This document shows positions 7,538 to 17,669 of a DNA stretch of 64,000 bases, in pieces. A program made the position numbers and the translations under genes. The stretch is from the NCBI GenBank assembly GCA_048940645.1, contig JBHLOI010000006.1, positions 1 to 64,000 on the forward strand, in the 5' to 3' direction. How positions within the stretch are numbered: the first letter of the stretch is position 1; every line of letters begins with the position of its first letter. Below the pieces are notes generated by a model. It was not told the DNA's origin. It searched no databases and saw nothing but the letters and a program-made list of their open reading frames with translations. This stretch comes from Promethearchaeota archaeon (GTDB lineage: Archaea > Asgardarchaeota > Lokiarchaeia > Sigyniarchaeales > SOKP01).

Positions 7538-10285
7538 TTAACGTAATATATCAAGCTGATCTTCAAGTATTTTCTTCCTTTCTTTTAATTCATCTAGATT
7601 TTCCCATTCTATTTGAACTATTTCTGAATTTGCACGCATAGCAAAAGGACCACTCAATTTTTTTTCACTTTTTTGTATTTTTTCCTTGATTAATTTAAGT
7701 TGTTTTGAAATTCGCTCTGTTTCCATTTTTAAATCAATAATTTCCTCTAATGGAAGGTAACATATGATCCCTTGAATTATAATTTGAGCAGAATGTTTTG
7801 GTACATCAACTTCATCAAGTTTAAATTGATTTTGATCTATATGAGATAAAGTGATAATTTCTGAAGCATTATTTTCAACTAATTCTCGTTTGTCTCCAGC
7901 TTGTATAATTATGGGTATTGTCAAACCAGGTTTTACATTAAACTCCTTTCTTACACGGCGAATTTCATGAATTAATTCAGTGATTAAATTAAAATTCTCA
8001 TCAAATATGTTATTGATTAAGGATTCTTCAGGTTCAGGCCATTTTGCTACTATTAAAGCGGGTCCATCTTTTATATTATCAGGCAGTGTTTGCCATAAGG
8101 CTTCTGTTAAAAAAGGGATGATGGGATGGAGGAGCCGAAGTGATATTTCTAAAACATGAATTAAAATTGCTATTGGTGTATTTTTATCCCGCTCGTTTTC
8201 ATCATAAATTCGAATTTTAGAAATTTCTATATACCAATCACAAAACTCATCCCAAAAAAATGATCGCATTTCTCTAGATGCGTTTAAATAATCATATTCC
8301 TCAAAATAATGATTTACTTTTTTTACCATTTGATTTAATCGTGAAAGAATCCAATGATCTCCCGTTTTAAGCTTTTCTTTGGGGTATGAGGTTGTAAATC
8401 TTTCTATCTTGTCTGCCTTGTCCAAATTGCCTAAAATATAATGCGTTGATTGCCAAATCTTATTGCAAAAATTTTTTGAAGCTTTGAGAAGACCCTCGCC
8501 CAAATTTAAGTCTTTACCAGGTACCGTGTTAGCGATAAAGGTGAACCTTAGTGGATCTGCACCATATTTTTCAATAATATTTAAAGGATCATATTGCTCG
8601 ATATTTTCCATTGATTTACTAATTTTTTTACCCCGTTCATTGCGAATAATTCCATGAAGATAAACCATTTGGTATGGTGATTGTTTTGTCAATTCTAAAC
8701 CTAACATCATTTCTCGAGCTACCCAAAAGAAAAGAATATCATATCCAGTTTCTCGCATATCATTGGGATAATATCTTTTGAAATCCTCACTTTCTAAATC
8801 AGGCCAACCTAAAGTAGCAAATGGCCATAATCCAGAAGAGAACCAAGTATCTAAAACATCCTCATCTTGCTTTAAATTTTTATCTTTACATTTAGGACAT
8901 TGTTTAGGTTTTTCAGGTTCACAAACTTGATGTCCTTTTGAACAATACCATACTGGAATTTGATGTCCCCACCATAATTGACGGCTGATGCACCAATCTT
9001 GAATATTTTCCATCCATTGATAGAATCGCCTTTCTTCTCTTTCTGGTATCATCCTTGTTAACCCACTTCTTACAACATCCATTGCTTCTCTTGCGAGAGT
9101 TCGAGTTCTTATAAACCATTGGGTAGAAATTCGAGGTTCAATTACAGAATTGCACCTTTGACAATGAATTATTGTATGGGTATAAGGTTCAATTTTTTCT
9201 ATTAAACCTTCTTTTTCTAAATCTTTAACAATTTCATCTCTACATTCAAATCGATCCATATTCGCATATTTACCTGAGTATTTTGGAACCATCCTGCCAG
9301 TTTCATCAATCACCGTTATAGCTTCTAAATTATGTTTGAATCCTATTTCCTTATCGTGTGGATCATGAGCAGGTGTTACTTTTAAAGCACCCGTCCCGAA
9401 TTCTGGATCTACGTATGAATCCTTAAAAACAGGGATTTCACGACCAAGTACAGGTAATACAGCAGTTTTTCCTTCATATTTAGAGTACTCTGGATGCTTT
9501 GGTACGATTGCAACTCCAGTATCACCTAATAGTGTTTCAGGTCGAGTCGTTGCTAAAATTATGAATTCTGTGGCACCTTCCGCCCATTTACCAGATGCCC
9601 ACTCTGCTTTTGGCTTTTTCCATTCATCTGTTATGATCGGATATTTTAAGTACCACAAATGACTTTCATGCTCTTCTGCTTCTGTTTCTAAATTTGATAT
9701 CGCGGATTCACAATTTCCAGGACACCAATTTACCATATATTCTCCTCTATAAATAAGTCCTTTATCATAAAGAAGTTTAAAAGCTGTAATTACTGCTTTA
9801 TGGTACTTCTCATCTAAAGTAAACCTATTGCGAGTCCAATCACATGAAGCTCCCATACTTTTGGATTGACCTAAAATTATATTCTGATTTTTATTTGTCC
9901 AATTCCACACTTCTTCTAAAAATTTTTTTCTCCCAATTTCTTTCCTATAAACCCCTTTTTTAGCCAATTCCCTTTCTACTACATTTTGGGTTGCTATACC
10001 CGCATGGTCAGTTCCTGGAAGAAATAGGGTTTGCTTTTGCTTCATACGTTCATATCGTGTCATTAGGTCTTCAAGAGTAAGGACTATCGCCTGACCTAAA
10101 TGAAGTATTCCAGTTACATTCGGAGGAGGGAGTGTGATACAAAAACGAGGTCCATTCTTTTCGACCAAACCTAATTCTTTTTGCTTTTCTGGGCGAAAAT
10201 ACCCTTGGGATTCCCACCATTCATATATATCTTTTTCGATTTTCTGGGGATCATGTACTCGTGGTAAGTTGTTAAAATCAACCAT
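7538..10285 (-). CDS. valS: Valine--tRNA ligase (bacterial/eukaryal-type architecture)
   Basis: PPPNVTG-HLGQ, PGTDHAGIATQ, ATTRPET, DWCISRQLWWGH, DVLDTWFSS and KISKS motifs; C-terminal coiled coil. Confidence 0.97.
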   Translation of the reverse strand: MVDFNNLPRVHDPQKIEKDIYEWWESQGYFRPEKQKELGLVEKNGPRFCITLPPPNVTGILHLGQAIVLTLEDLMTRYERMKQKQTLFLPGTDHAGIATQNVVERELAKKGVYRKEIGRKKFLEEVWNWTNKNQNIILGQSKSMGASCDWTRNRFTLDEKYHKAVITAFKLLYDKGLIYRGEYMVNWCPGNCESAISNLETEAEEHESHLWYLKYPIITDEWKKPKAEWASGKWAEGATEFIILATTRPETLLGDTGVAIVPKHPEYSKYEGKTAVLPVLGREIPVFKDSYVDPEFGTGALKVTPAHDPHDKEIGFKHNLEAITVIDETGRMVPKYSGKYANMDRFECRDEIVKDLEKEGLIEKIEPYTHTIIHCQRCNSVIEPRISTQWFIRTRTLAREAMDVVRSGLTRMIPEREERRFYQWMENIQDWCISRQLWWGHQIPVWYCSKGHQVCEPEKPKQCPKCKDKNLKQDEDVLDTWFSSGLWPFATLGWPDLESEDFKRYYPNDMRETGYDILFFWVAREMMLGLELTKQSPYQMVYLHGIIRNERGKKISKSMENIEQYDPLNIIEKYGADPLRFTFIANTVPGKDLNLGEGLLKASKNFCNKIWQSTHYILGNLDKADKIERFTTSYPKEKLKTGDHWILSRLNQMVKKVNHYFEEYDYLNASREMRSFFWDEFCDWYIEISKIRIYDENERDKNTPIAILIHVLEISLRLLHPIIPFLTEALWQTLPDNIKDGPALIVAKWPEPEESLINNIFDENFNLITELIHEIRRVRKEFNVKPGLTIPIIIQAGDKRELVENNASEIITLSHIDQNQFKLDEVDVPKHSAQIIIQGIICYLPLEEIIDLKMETERISKQLKLIKEKIQKSEKKLSGPFAMRANSEIVQIEWENLDELKERKKILEDQLDILR

Positions 10286-10377
10286 ATTAAGTCAATTCTA
10301 ATGAAATTTTTAATTTAAAATTGATGTTCTAAATGAATTCTGAAATTCTTTATATTTTGCTTTTATTTGGTAAAACG

Positions 10378-10449
10378 TGGACCTGACGGGAATTGAACCC
10401 GTGACCTCTTGAATGCGAATCAAGCGATCTTCCACTGATCTACAGGCCC
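10378..10449 (-). tRNA. tRNA-Ala(CGC), intronless, CCA not encoded
   Basis: Reverse complement GGGCCTG...CAGGTCC-A folds as a cloverleaf with a G3:U70 pair; anticodon arm CTTGA-TTCGCAT-TCAAG; T-loop GGTTCAATTCC. Confidence 0.95.
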
Positions 10450-10538
10450 ATTTCTTAATTATATTAATATTTAATAAAAATAAGTATCTCTAATATTCTT
10501 TTTTATTTTAATAAAAAGTATTAGCTAAAGAGAAATGA

Positions 10539-12917
10539 TTAATATTGTGTTCTAGCAATTATATCATCTTGTGCGGGTTTTGAGAGTTCTGTAAATAAGA
10601 CTGAATATCCAGCAATTCTTACAACTAAACCACGATAGTCATCAGGACTTTGTTGGGCTTTACATAACGTGTCTTTACCAACAACATTAAATTGTATGTG
10701 ATATCCCCCATTAGGTTCAAAATATGATTTGATCAATGGTACAAAGATATCTTCTTTAATAGTATTTGGATGAAAATCTAATATTAAAGAAGTACCATTA
10801 GTTATTAATTCAGTATCTAATTTTTTTACTGAATTGAGAATTGCGGTTGGACCATTTTTATCTCTTCCATGAGTAGGTCCCACACCGTTTGAGAGTGGAT
10901 CTCTAGACTTTCGTCCATCAGCTGATGCACCTGTAAAAGATCCAAATGTTAAATGAAAAGAAGTGGAATATACCCCCGGATTAAAGCTACCACCACGATA
11001 ATTATTATATTTTGAAATTTCATTACAGTATTCTTTGACAATATCTACAGCAATTTGATCCACATAGTCATTATCATTCCCAAATTTCGGAACTTTATTT
11101 ATGAAGAGTTCTCTCCACTCAGATCCCTTTTTTTCTTTGTAAATTCCTCTAAAATTCTTCATGAGTATTTGTACCATTTCTTCAAACGAAATTATTTTAT
11201 CCTCAAAAACAAATTTTTTAATTACTGCTAAACTATCTGCAACTGTTGCCAAACCAATTAACTGGGGGCCTGTAAAATTATATATCGCACCACCCTGAGT
11301 TACATCTAACCCCTTTTCGATACAATTATCAATAGTAGAAGATAAATAGGGTTGCGGATTGAATTTAGCAATAGTCCTATCGAGTGTATCCATTGTTAAG
11401 ACCATATTTTTTATAAAAAATCTCATCTGTTCTAAAAAAGAATCCCAAAGATCTTGGTAAGATTTAATTTTTTTATCACTCTTTATTCCAATTTCTCTTC
11501 TGATGAAAATATCGCTTCCATTTGTTAAGGCTAATTCTAAACACTTAACAATATTAAGTTGGCATGCATTTGTTGAGCCAAATGATTTACTTGGATGTTG
11601 AGGTTCAACACAACCAATTGGTGCATACTCTCGTGCATCCTCGAGGGTAAAACCACGATTTATAAGACCTCTTATCATTAAATCATCATTAAATAAAGCT
11701 ATACTTGTACCTAATTTAACGGATTTTGCAATTTTAATTAAGAAATCTCCTGGAGTGTTTTGATGAATTCTAATCGAAAATGTGGGTTGAACTGTCTGGA
11801 TTTGAGTATATGCATCTAGTATAATATATGACAATTCATTGGTAGCATCACTTCCTTTTCGATCTAAACCCCCAATCGTAACATTCTCGGTAATTGGAGG
11901 CCCTTCTGCTGCACTAATAGCTAAATAAAAGACATAATTCCATAAAGTTGTTAATTTCAGAAAAAAGCATTCAATTAAAAATTTAACTTCTTCCTTAGTA
12001 ATAATTCCGTTATTTATGTCATTAATAAAAAATGGATAAAGTAATTGATCAAGACGCCCAATACTGATAGCATATCCCCCATCTTCCAGTCTACATATAA
12101 GATGATTAAAATATACCAATTGAAGTGCTTCTTTAAAAGTTTTTGGAGGATTTTCAGAAATATTTAAGCAAATTTCTGAAGTTTCTATAAGTTCTTTATG
12201 TCGTTCGGAATTTGTTTCTTTTTCTGCCATTTTCTTTGCTAGAGATGAAAATCTTTTAATAAATGATTTGGCTGCAGTACATACAATAATAACAGACTGT
12301 AAAAAATACACTTTTTGAATATCAAGTGAAAATTCTTCCAACTTGATTTTTGCCTTTTCAATCAAACCATTTAATCCATATTTTAAAATATTTTCATGGC
12401 CAGAGAAAAAATGACCAATACCATTAGTTAATTCTGTTTCAACTAGGAAAACTAACGTATCCATAATATTTTTCACTTGTGGATCTAAACTTTCTAAAAA
12501 GCGCTCTTTTAAAGTACTTTCCTCACCTTTCCAAAAAGGTAAAATTTCTTCCTTAAAAATTTGTTTTTCCTCGTCTGAAATATACATTTTTTGCGCAAGA
12601 CGATTTTCAAAAGTATCTACATCCTGTTCTAGAAACTCCACATTTATTTCAGGATATAATGCAGTTCCAAAAAACTTTTTACATTGATTTCCTACAATTA
12701 ATTCATCTTCCCAAATTTTTATTGTCATATTCAATAATAAATTTTCCATTGCTTTTGCAAAGCGAATAATAGGATTTTCTCCTTTAGTTTTTTTATACGA
12801 TTCCGTGAATAATTTTGCTCTCTCAATACATACTTCATGTGGAGCTGTAACAACTTTCTTTTTCATTTTAAGGATTCTTTCCTCATAATTTAGATGAGAT
12901 GTCTGCTTTAACTGCAT
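10539..12917 (-). CDS. Glycyl radical enzyme (PFL2/dehydratase-like), substrate unknown
   Basis: Cys loop IGCVEP, glycyl loop VRIAGYS, PKFGND, SIGRLDQ and HIQFNVV motifs; 792 aa. Confidence 0.92.
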   Translation of the reverse strand: MQLKQTSHLNYEERILKMKKKVVTAPHEVCIERAKLFTESYKKTKGENPIIRFAKAMENLLLNMTIKIWEDELIVGNQCKKFFGTALYPEINVEFLEQDVDTFENRLAQKMYISDEEKQIFKEEILPFWKGEESTLKERFLESLDPQVKNIMDTLVFLVETELTNGIGHFFSGHENILKYGLNGLIEKAKIKLEEFSLDIQKVYFLQSVIIVCTAAKSFIKRFSSLAKKMAEKETNSERHKELIETSEICLNISENPPKTFKEALQLVYFNHLICRLEDGGYAISIGRLDQLLYPFFINDINNGIITKEEVKFLIECFFLKLTTLWNYVFYLAISAAEGPPITENVTIGGLDRKGSDATNELSYIILDAYTQIQTVQPTFSIRIHQNTPGDFLIKIAKSVKLGTSIALFNDDLMIRGLINRGFTLEDAREYAPIGCVEPQHPSKSFGSTNACQLNIVKCLELALTNGSDIFIRREIGIKSDKKIKSYQDLWDSFLEQMRFFIKNMVLTMDTLDRTIAKFNPQPYLSSTIDNCIEKGLDVTQGGAIYNFTGPQLIGLATVADSLAVIKKFVFEDKIISFEEMVQILMKNFRGIYKEKKGSEWRELFINKVPKFGNDNDYVDQIAVDIVKEYCNEISKYNNYRGGSFNPGVYSTSFHLTFGSFTGASADGRKSRDPLSNGVGPTHGRDKNGPTAILNSVKKLDTELITNGTSLILDFHPNTIKEDIFVPLIKSYFEPNGGYHIQFNVVGKDTLCKAQQSPDDYRGLVVRIAGYSVLFTELSKPAQDDIIARTQY

Positions 12918-13031
12918 TTTTAATCGTTAAAATAAGCTTTATTAATAATAATAAAAATATTGATTTAAATTATAAATTTATAGATTAAAAAAGATTTTTA
13001 GGAAATAACTAAAAGAATATATGAATATTTT

Positions 13032-13964
13032 TTAATTCATAATTAGTACTTCGTTTATCTCTCCTCTTTTAGAAGAAATAGAATTAATAGCTCTTTTGGC
13101 TTTTAAAGTAATAATCCTGTAATTTTTATATAAATCCAATATAAAATCACAATAAGAATTACTTAATAAAATTTGGCATCCTCTTCCATCCAATTCTTTA
13201 AAGACTTCATATAATTTTATTTGGGATTCTTGTCCAAAATCTTGTTCAGTATAACTTGTAAACAAGGCTGTATCTGAAAGAGGATAATAAGGTGGATCTA
13301 AATAAATAAAATCATCTTTCTCAGCATAATTTAGACATAATTCAAAAGAACCATGAATAATTTTAATATTTGGTTTTAAAACTTTATTTACGGCTTTTAA
13401 ATTTTCTTTGTCACAGATATTTGGGTTTTTATGCCTTCCAAATGGTACGTTAAAAAAGCCTTTGCTATTAACTCTGTATAAACCATTATATCCCGCCTTG
13501 TTCAGAAAAATAGTTCTTGAAGCTTTCTCAATATCAGTTATATTCTTAAAAGTTTGAGGATTACGATCCATAGCGCGAATTTTATAATAGTATTCTTGTT
13601 TATATTTATGTTTTTCTAAAGATATTATTAAACTCTCGACCTCTTCTTTTATAACTCTATAACAATTGATTAATTCTAGATTATTATCTATTAAAATAGC
13701 ATTTGTTGGCAGTAAATAAAAAAATAGTGCTCCTCCACCCACAAATGGCTCGATATATTTATTATAATTAGGGGGAATAAATTTATCTAATTGGGAAATT
13801 AATTGTCTTTTTCCACCTGCCCATTTTAAGAAAGGATGAGGTGTCCCAACGATTGCTTTTTTTTTTTTATTTTCATTTCTTTTGGATGTTATAAATAAAT
13901 CCAATTGATTTTCTAATTCAAAGTATCGAATTATTGATTTCTGGTAATGATTTTTCTCGTGCAA
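13032..13964 (-). CDS. Dam-family (D12 class) N6-adenine DNA methyltransferase
   Basis: FLKWAGGK, EPFVGGGA, YNGLYRVNSKGFFNVPFG and YLDPPY motifs; the true start may be downstream of the called GTG. Confidence 0.93.
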   Translation of the reverse strand: MHEKNHYQKSIIRYFELENQLDLFITSKRNENKKKKAIVGTPHPFLKWAGGKRQLISQLDKFIPPNYNKYIEPFVGGGALFFYLLPTNAILIDNNLELINCYRVIKEEVESLIISLEKHKYKQEYYYKIRAMDRNPQTFKNITDIEKASRTIFLNKAGYNGLYRVNSKGFFNVPFGRHKNPNICDKENLKAVNKVLKPNIKIIHGSFELCLNYAEKDDFIYLDPPYYPLSDTALFTSYTEQDFGQESQIKLYEVFKELDGRGCQILLSNSYCDFILDLYKNYRIITLKAKRAINSISSKRGEINEVLIMN

Positions 13965-14215
13965 ATTTTATTATAAACCTTTTTTAGTTACTTATAATAA
14001 TAAATCATTTAAAATAATATAACTGTTAATCTTGATTATTAACAGATATTATTAGGGACAAAATATTATTTAGAGCATATTCGTATTAATTTTTAAAAAC
14101 AAAATAAGAAACTTTATCTTTTTATTTATTATCTTTAAAAATAAAAATCATCAAACACTTATAATTTGTATAAATAATTTAGAACCTTTAATTACATTAC
14201 ACTTAAGTTTAGAAA

Positions 14216-15157
14216 ATGGAGCAGAAAGAAAGGTTTAAGCAGCTATTTAATGAAAGGCTTATTCAAGATGTAACTGAAGAAGAAATTAAAATCGTATTAT
14301 CTGGTCAATATGGAAAAGCTTTAGAATTACTAAGGGACGCTGAAGCCACTGGTTTATTCCCAGCTTTAGTTGGTCCTCCAGGTGTTGGAAAAACCATCCT
14401 ATGTAGATACTTCGCAAGTTTAAGAGCAAAAGAAAACAAAAATAAAAGTTTTTACTGGATGACTCTTGATGAATCAATTAAACCATCACATTTTATTGGC
14501 TCTTTTGATCCTGCAATAACTTTAAAAAAAGGTTTCGTGCTTGAAGCATTTAATCCAGGCCCCTTATTGAGTGCCATGCTAGAAGGGGGCACATTTTTAG
14601 CAAATGAAATCAATCGAGCTACAGAATATTCACAAAATACACTTTTGGAACCTTTAGAAGAAGCTTCAATTGGAATTCCCCATTTAGGTAGAATCAAAGC
14701 AGATGATGATTTCTTCTTCATTTCTGCGATGAACCCAGAGGAATTATCCGGAACACATCGACTTTCAGAGGCATTAAAAGATAGAATTAAAGTGTGGATT
14801 AAATTAACTTATCCAGATAAGACTACTGAACTAGACATTATAAGAATTAATTTACCTGAACATTTTACTGTTGAAGAATCAGATTTAGAGTTGATTTATT
14901 CGATAATCGATGAAACAAGAAGAAATAAAATAGATATTGAAGTGCCAGCATCCATTAGAGCAGGAATTGCTATTGCTAAGATGTTGGGTAGGAGACGGTT
15001 TTTAGAAAATGAGGGAAAATTAGAAGAAGGACAATCAGTTTATGAATATCTTTCTGAGATTTCAAAATATGTATTACTGGGAAGTATTAAACCAAAACCG
15101 GGAATAAGAGTTGAAAGTATTATTGAAAATGTAATCCATAAAACATTAGGAGCATAG
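14216..15157 (+). CDS. MoxR-family AAA+ ATPase (CoxD/GvpN-like)
   Basis: Walker A GPPGVGKT, variant Walker B FLANEINR, sensor AMNP, Arg finger ALKDRI and lid PASIR. Confidence 0.88.
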   Translation: MEQKERFKQLFNERLIQDVTEEEIKIVLSGQYGKALELLRDAEATGLFPALVGPPGVGKTILCRYFASLRAKENKNKSFYWMTLDESIKPSHFIGSFDPAITLKKGFVLEAFNPGPLLSAMLEGGTFLANEINRATEYSQNTLLEPLEEASIGIPHLGRIKADDDFFFISAMNPEELSGTHRLSEALKDRIKVWIKLTYPDKTTELDIIRINLPEHFTVEESDLELIYSIIDETRRNKIDIEVPASIRAGIAIAKMLGRRRFLENEGKLEEGQSVYEYLSEISKYVLLGSIKPKPGIRVESIIENVIHKTLGA

Positions 15158-15172
15158 GAGGATTATCATTAA

Positions 15173-17665
15173 ATGAGCGTATTCCCAGAACATCCATGTG
15201 AATTCGCTGTTGATTTTATCAGAAAGATGAGAAAACATCCTGATATTGTACAAATACCCTCTTCACGACAAGTCCTCTCCATTCCAAAATTAATTTTATC
15301 ACGATACTATCGAAAAGGGAAAATAACTCCTAATGATTATATTGAAATTAGCACAGTGACATCTTTTCCGGATAATCAACAATTAGCACAAGACATTGCT
15401 TTTGAAATACTTTTTCCAAATTATAAAAAAGATATGATGGAATCGTTCTTTCCAAGCGATAATGAATCAGAGGAAGGTGAAATCTTAACTGATGAGATAA
15501 AATCTGAGTTAGATCAAATTCAAGAACTCATTGATGAAATTGAACTCTCAAAAGCTATTGATAAGGATTCAATTATGGAATTAGAAGAATTTATTGAAGA
15601 TTTAAACCTCAAAAGAGAACAAGAACCATTTAAATCAGCAATGCATTTTTTTAATGATGATTCAGAATTGTATAAAGAGGAAATTTCCTCATTAGAAAAA
15701 CTGATTGAAGAAGCTAAAAAACGTTTAGAACAGAATATTAATTCACTGGAACCAGATGATATAAAAGCAGGAGTTGAATTAGGTTTAAATGATCTAATCC
15801 AATCGAATTCCTTTCGAGAATGGGAGAAAATCACTAGTAAAGCTCTAAGTAATCAAGATATAACTACAGATTTAGAAAATTTAATCAAAACCAAAAAGCT
15901 TGATGATCTTCTACAAACAATGAAGTATCTAAATATTACTGTTGAGAAAAAAGATATTAAGAACCAATTACAACATCTAACAGATCAACTTCAAAGTCAA
16001 ATCAATAATTTAGATCAACTATTTAATGCTGCAAAAACTTTGGGAGAAACCCCTCAATTTAATCAGCAAAAAGTATTAAGTAATTCCTTAAATAATTCTT
16101 CCTTTGAACATAATTTTAATTTAGCTAATTCCTTAGATCAATATTTTGGAACCAATCTTAGAGCGGAACTATTAAATCAATTTCAGAAACAACACCAAAA
16201 TTCTGAAATGAATTTGTCGCTTGAAAATTTAACCAAAAGTGCTTTCGCCGATAAGTCATGGAATTCCTTGTTTAATCAAGCACTTCAAAACGCTATAAAA
16301 GATGCCATGAATCAAAAAGTAAAATATGAGGCCTTCAAATCGCTTTCTCATCGGTTACAACAATTAACAAATAGCTGTGCAAATATACATTGTAGTCAAA
16401 AAATGACACAGCAAATGTCTAATCTAATGAAACAAGCTCTGGAAGTCTGTGAAACACCAGACCAGTTGAGAGATGTAATAGAATTTTTTAGGAAAATTGG
16501 CTTAAATCCAGAATCAGAAACAATTAAAAATGTAGGAAAAAAACTAAATATGGCTGAAGAAGAGATTTTTGAATTAATAGAACCAAATTATCAACTATTA
16601 AAAAAGATGATTGAAAAAAATACTGGTGATTTCCAGAGAGTATCAAATTTAATGCATCAAATTCAAGACCAATTGAGTTATGACAGAATTAAAGAGTTAA
16701 TAAGCAGTGCTTTAGCAAACGATAATAGAGATGCTTTAGGTGCCTTAGGACATTTTAATTTAAACCAAGCGTTAAAAGCAGCTCAACAAATTGGAGGAAA
16801 TGAAGGACAAGATAAGACTATTGCTTGCTTATCAGCTGGTAGTGGTGAAAATTTACTAAAACAATGGTTTATACATCGTAAAAATCTGCCAGAACGTACA
16901 AAGCAAAAAGTTAAGGAATTAGCTAAGAAGATGTTAATAGAATTAGGTATATATTATTCTAGAGCTCGTTTAGGTTCTGCTACTACGGGGCCTATACCAA
17001 TAAACATAGTACGACCATATACAATCGGTGATGATTTTGAAAATATAGATTTAGAAGAAACTATTTTTAATTTACTAGAAAAAGGAAAAGAACTCAATCA
17101 CATAGATTATGATGATTTTTATGTTTATGAAACTGCAAAGGGATTGCGTTCTTCTTGTTTTGAATTAGATATAAGTGGTTCAATGTCCGGTGATAAATTG
17201 GCATATATGAGTATTTGTATTACTATGCTGTGTTATGGAATGCGTAAAGATGAGTTCGGAATAACATTTTTTGAATCAGATACTCACGTTCTAAAAGAAT
17301 TGGATGAAAAAATAGATTTAGAAAAATTAGCTGATGATCTACTTTCTGTGACAGCTCGTGGGGGTACAAGAATCCAGAGTGCTCTTGAGTGGGCAAATAA
17401 ACAGTTTAAAGAACATTCAAGTTCGCGTGAAAAGTTAAATGTGTTGTTTACCGATGCTGAAATCTTTGATCTTAGAGAATCGATGCAAGAATTGAGAGTG
17501 ATGCGCTCACTTGGCGTAGATTTCATTCTTATTTGTCCCGAAACATCTTATAACTTAAAGGAAGCCGAAAAAATGGTTAAGACTGCAGGAGGACAACTAC
17601 TCACAATAAAGGATTGGAATGAATTTCCAAAATTAATATCTGAAATAATTAAGTCAAGATTTTAA
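15173..17665 (+). CDS. vWA (MIDAS) domain protein with long helical body, partner of the upstream MoxR
   Basis: IDLEETI pre-vWA motif (CoxE-like), MIDAS LDISGSM, GGTRIQSAL and LFTDAE. Confidence 0.85.
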   Translation: MSVFPEHPCEFAVDFIRKMRKHPDIVQIPSSRQVLSIPKLILSRYYRKGKITPNDYIEISTVTSFPDNQQLAQDIAFEILFPNYKKDMMESFFPSDNESEEGEILTDEIKSELDQIQELIDEIELSKAIDKDSIMELEEFIEDLNLKREQEPFKSAMHFFNDDSELYKEEISSLEKLIEEAKKRLEQNINSLEPDDIKAGVELGLNDLIQSNSFREWEKITSKALSNQDITTDLENLIKTKKLDDLLQTMKYLNITVEKKDIKNQLQHLTDQLQSQINNLDQLFNAAKTLGETPQFNQQKVLSNSLNNSSFEHNFNLANSLDQYFGTNLRAELLNQFQKQHQNSEMNLSLENLTKSAFADKSWNSLFNQALQNAIKDAMNQKVKYEAFKSLSHRLQQLTNSCANIHCSQKMTQQMSNLMKQALEVCETPDQLRDVIEFFRKIGLNPESETIKNVGKKLNMAEEEIFELIEPNYQLLKKMIEKNTGDFQRVSNLMHQIQDQLSYDRIKELISSALANDNRDALGALGHFNLNQALKAAQQIGGNEGQDKTIACLSAGSGENLLKQWFIHRKNLPERTKQKVKELAKKMLIELGIYYSRARLGSATTGPIPINIVRPYTIGDDFENIDLEETIFNLLEKGKELNHIDYDDFYVYETAKGLRSSCFELDISGSMSGDKLAYMSICITMLCYGMRKDEFGITFFESDTHVLKELDEKIDLEKLADDLLSVTARGGTRIQSALEWANKQFKEHSSSREKLNVLFTDAEIFDLRESMQELRVMRSLGVDFILICPETSYNLKEAEKMVKTAGGQLLTIKDWNEFPKLISEIIKSRF

Positions 17666-17669
17666 GATT

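Noticed and set aside
13857-13868. T12 homopolymer in the methylase 5' region as a phase-variation switch
   Set aside because: A/T runs are common in this genome, the frame is intact, and the run lies upstream of the conserved domain where the start codon is uncertain.
10378-13964. Possible island (GRE plus methylase) integrated at tRNA-Ala
   Set aside because: No integrase and no duplicated tRNA 3' end was seen, and the genes lie on the 5' side of the tRNA.
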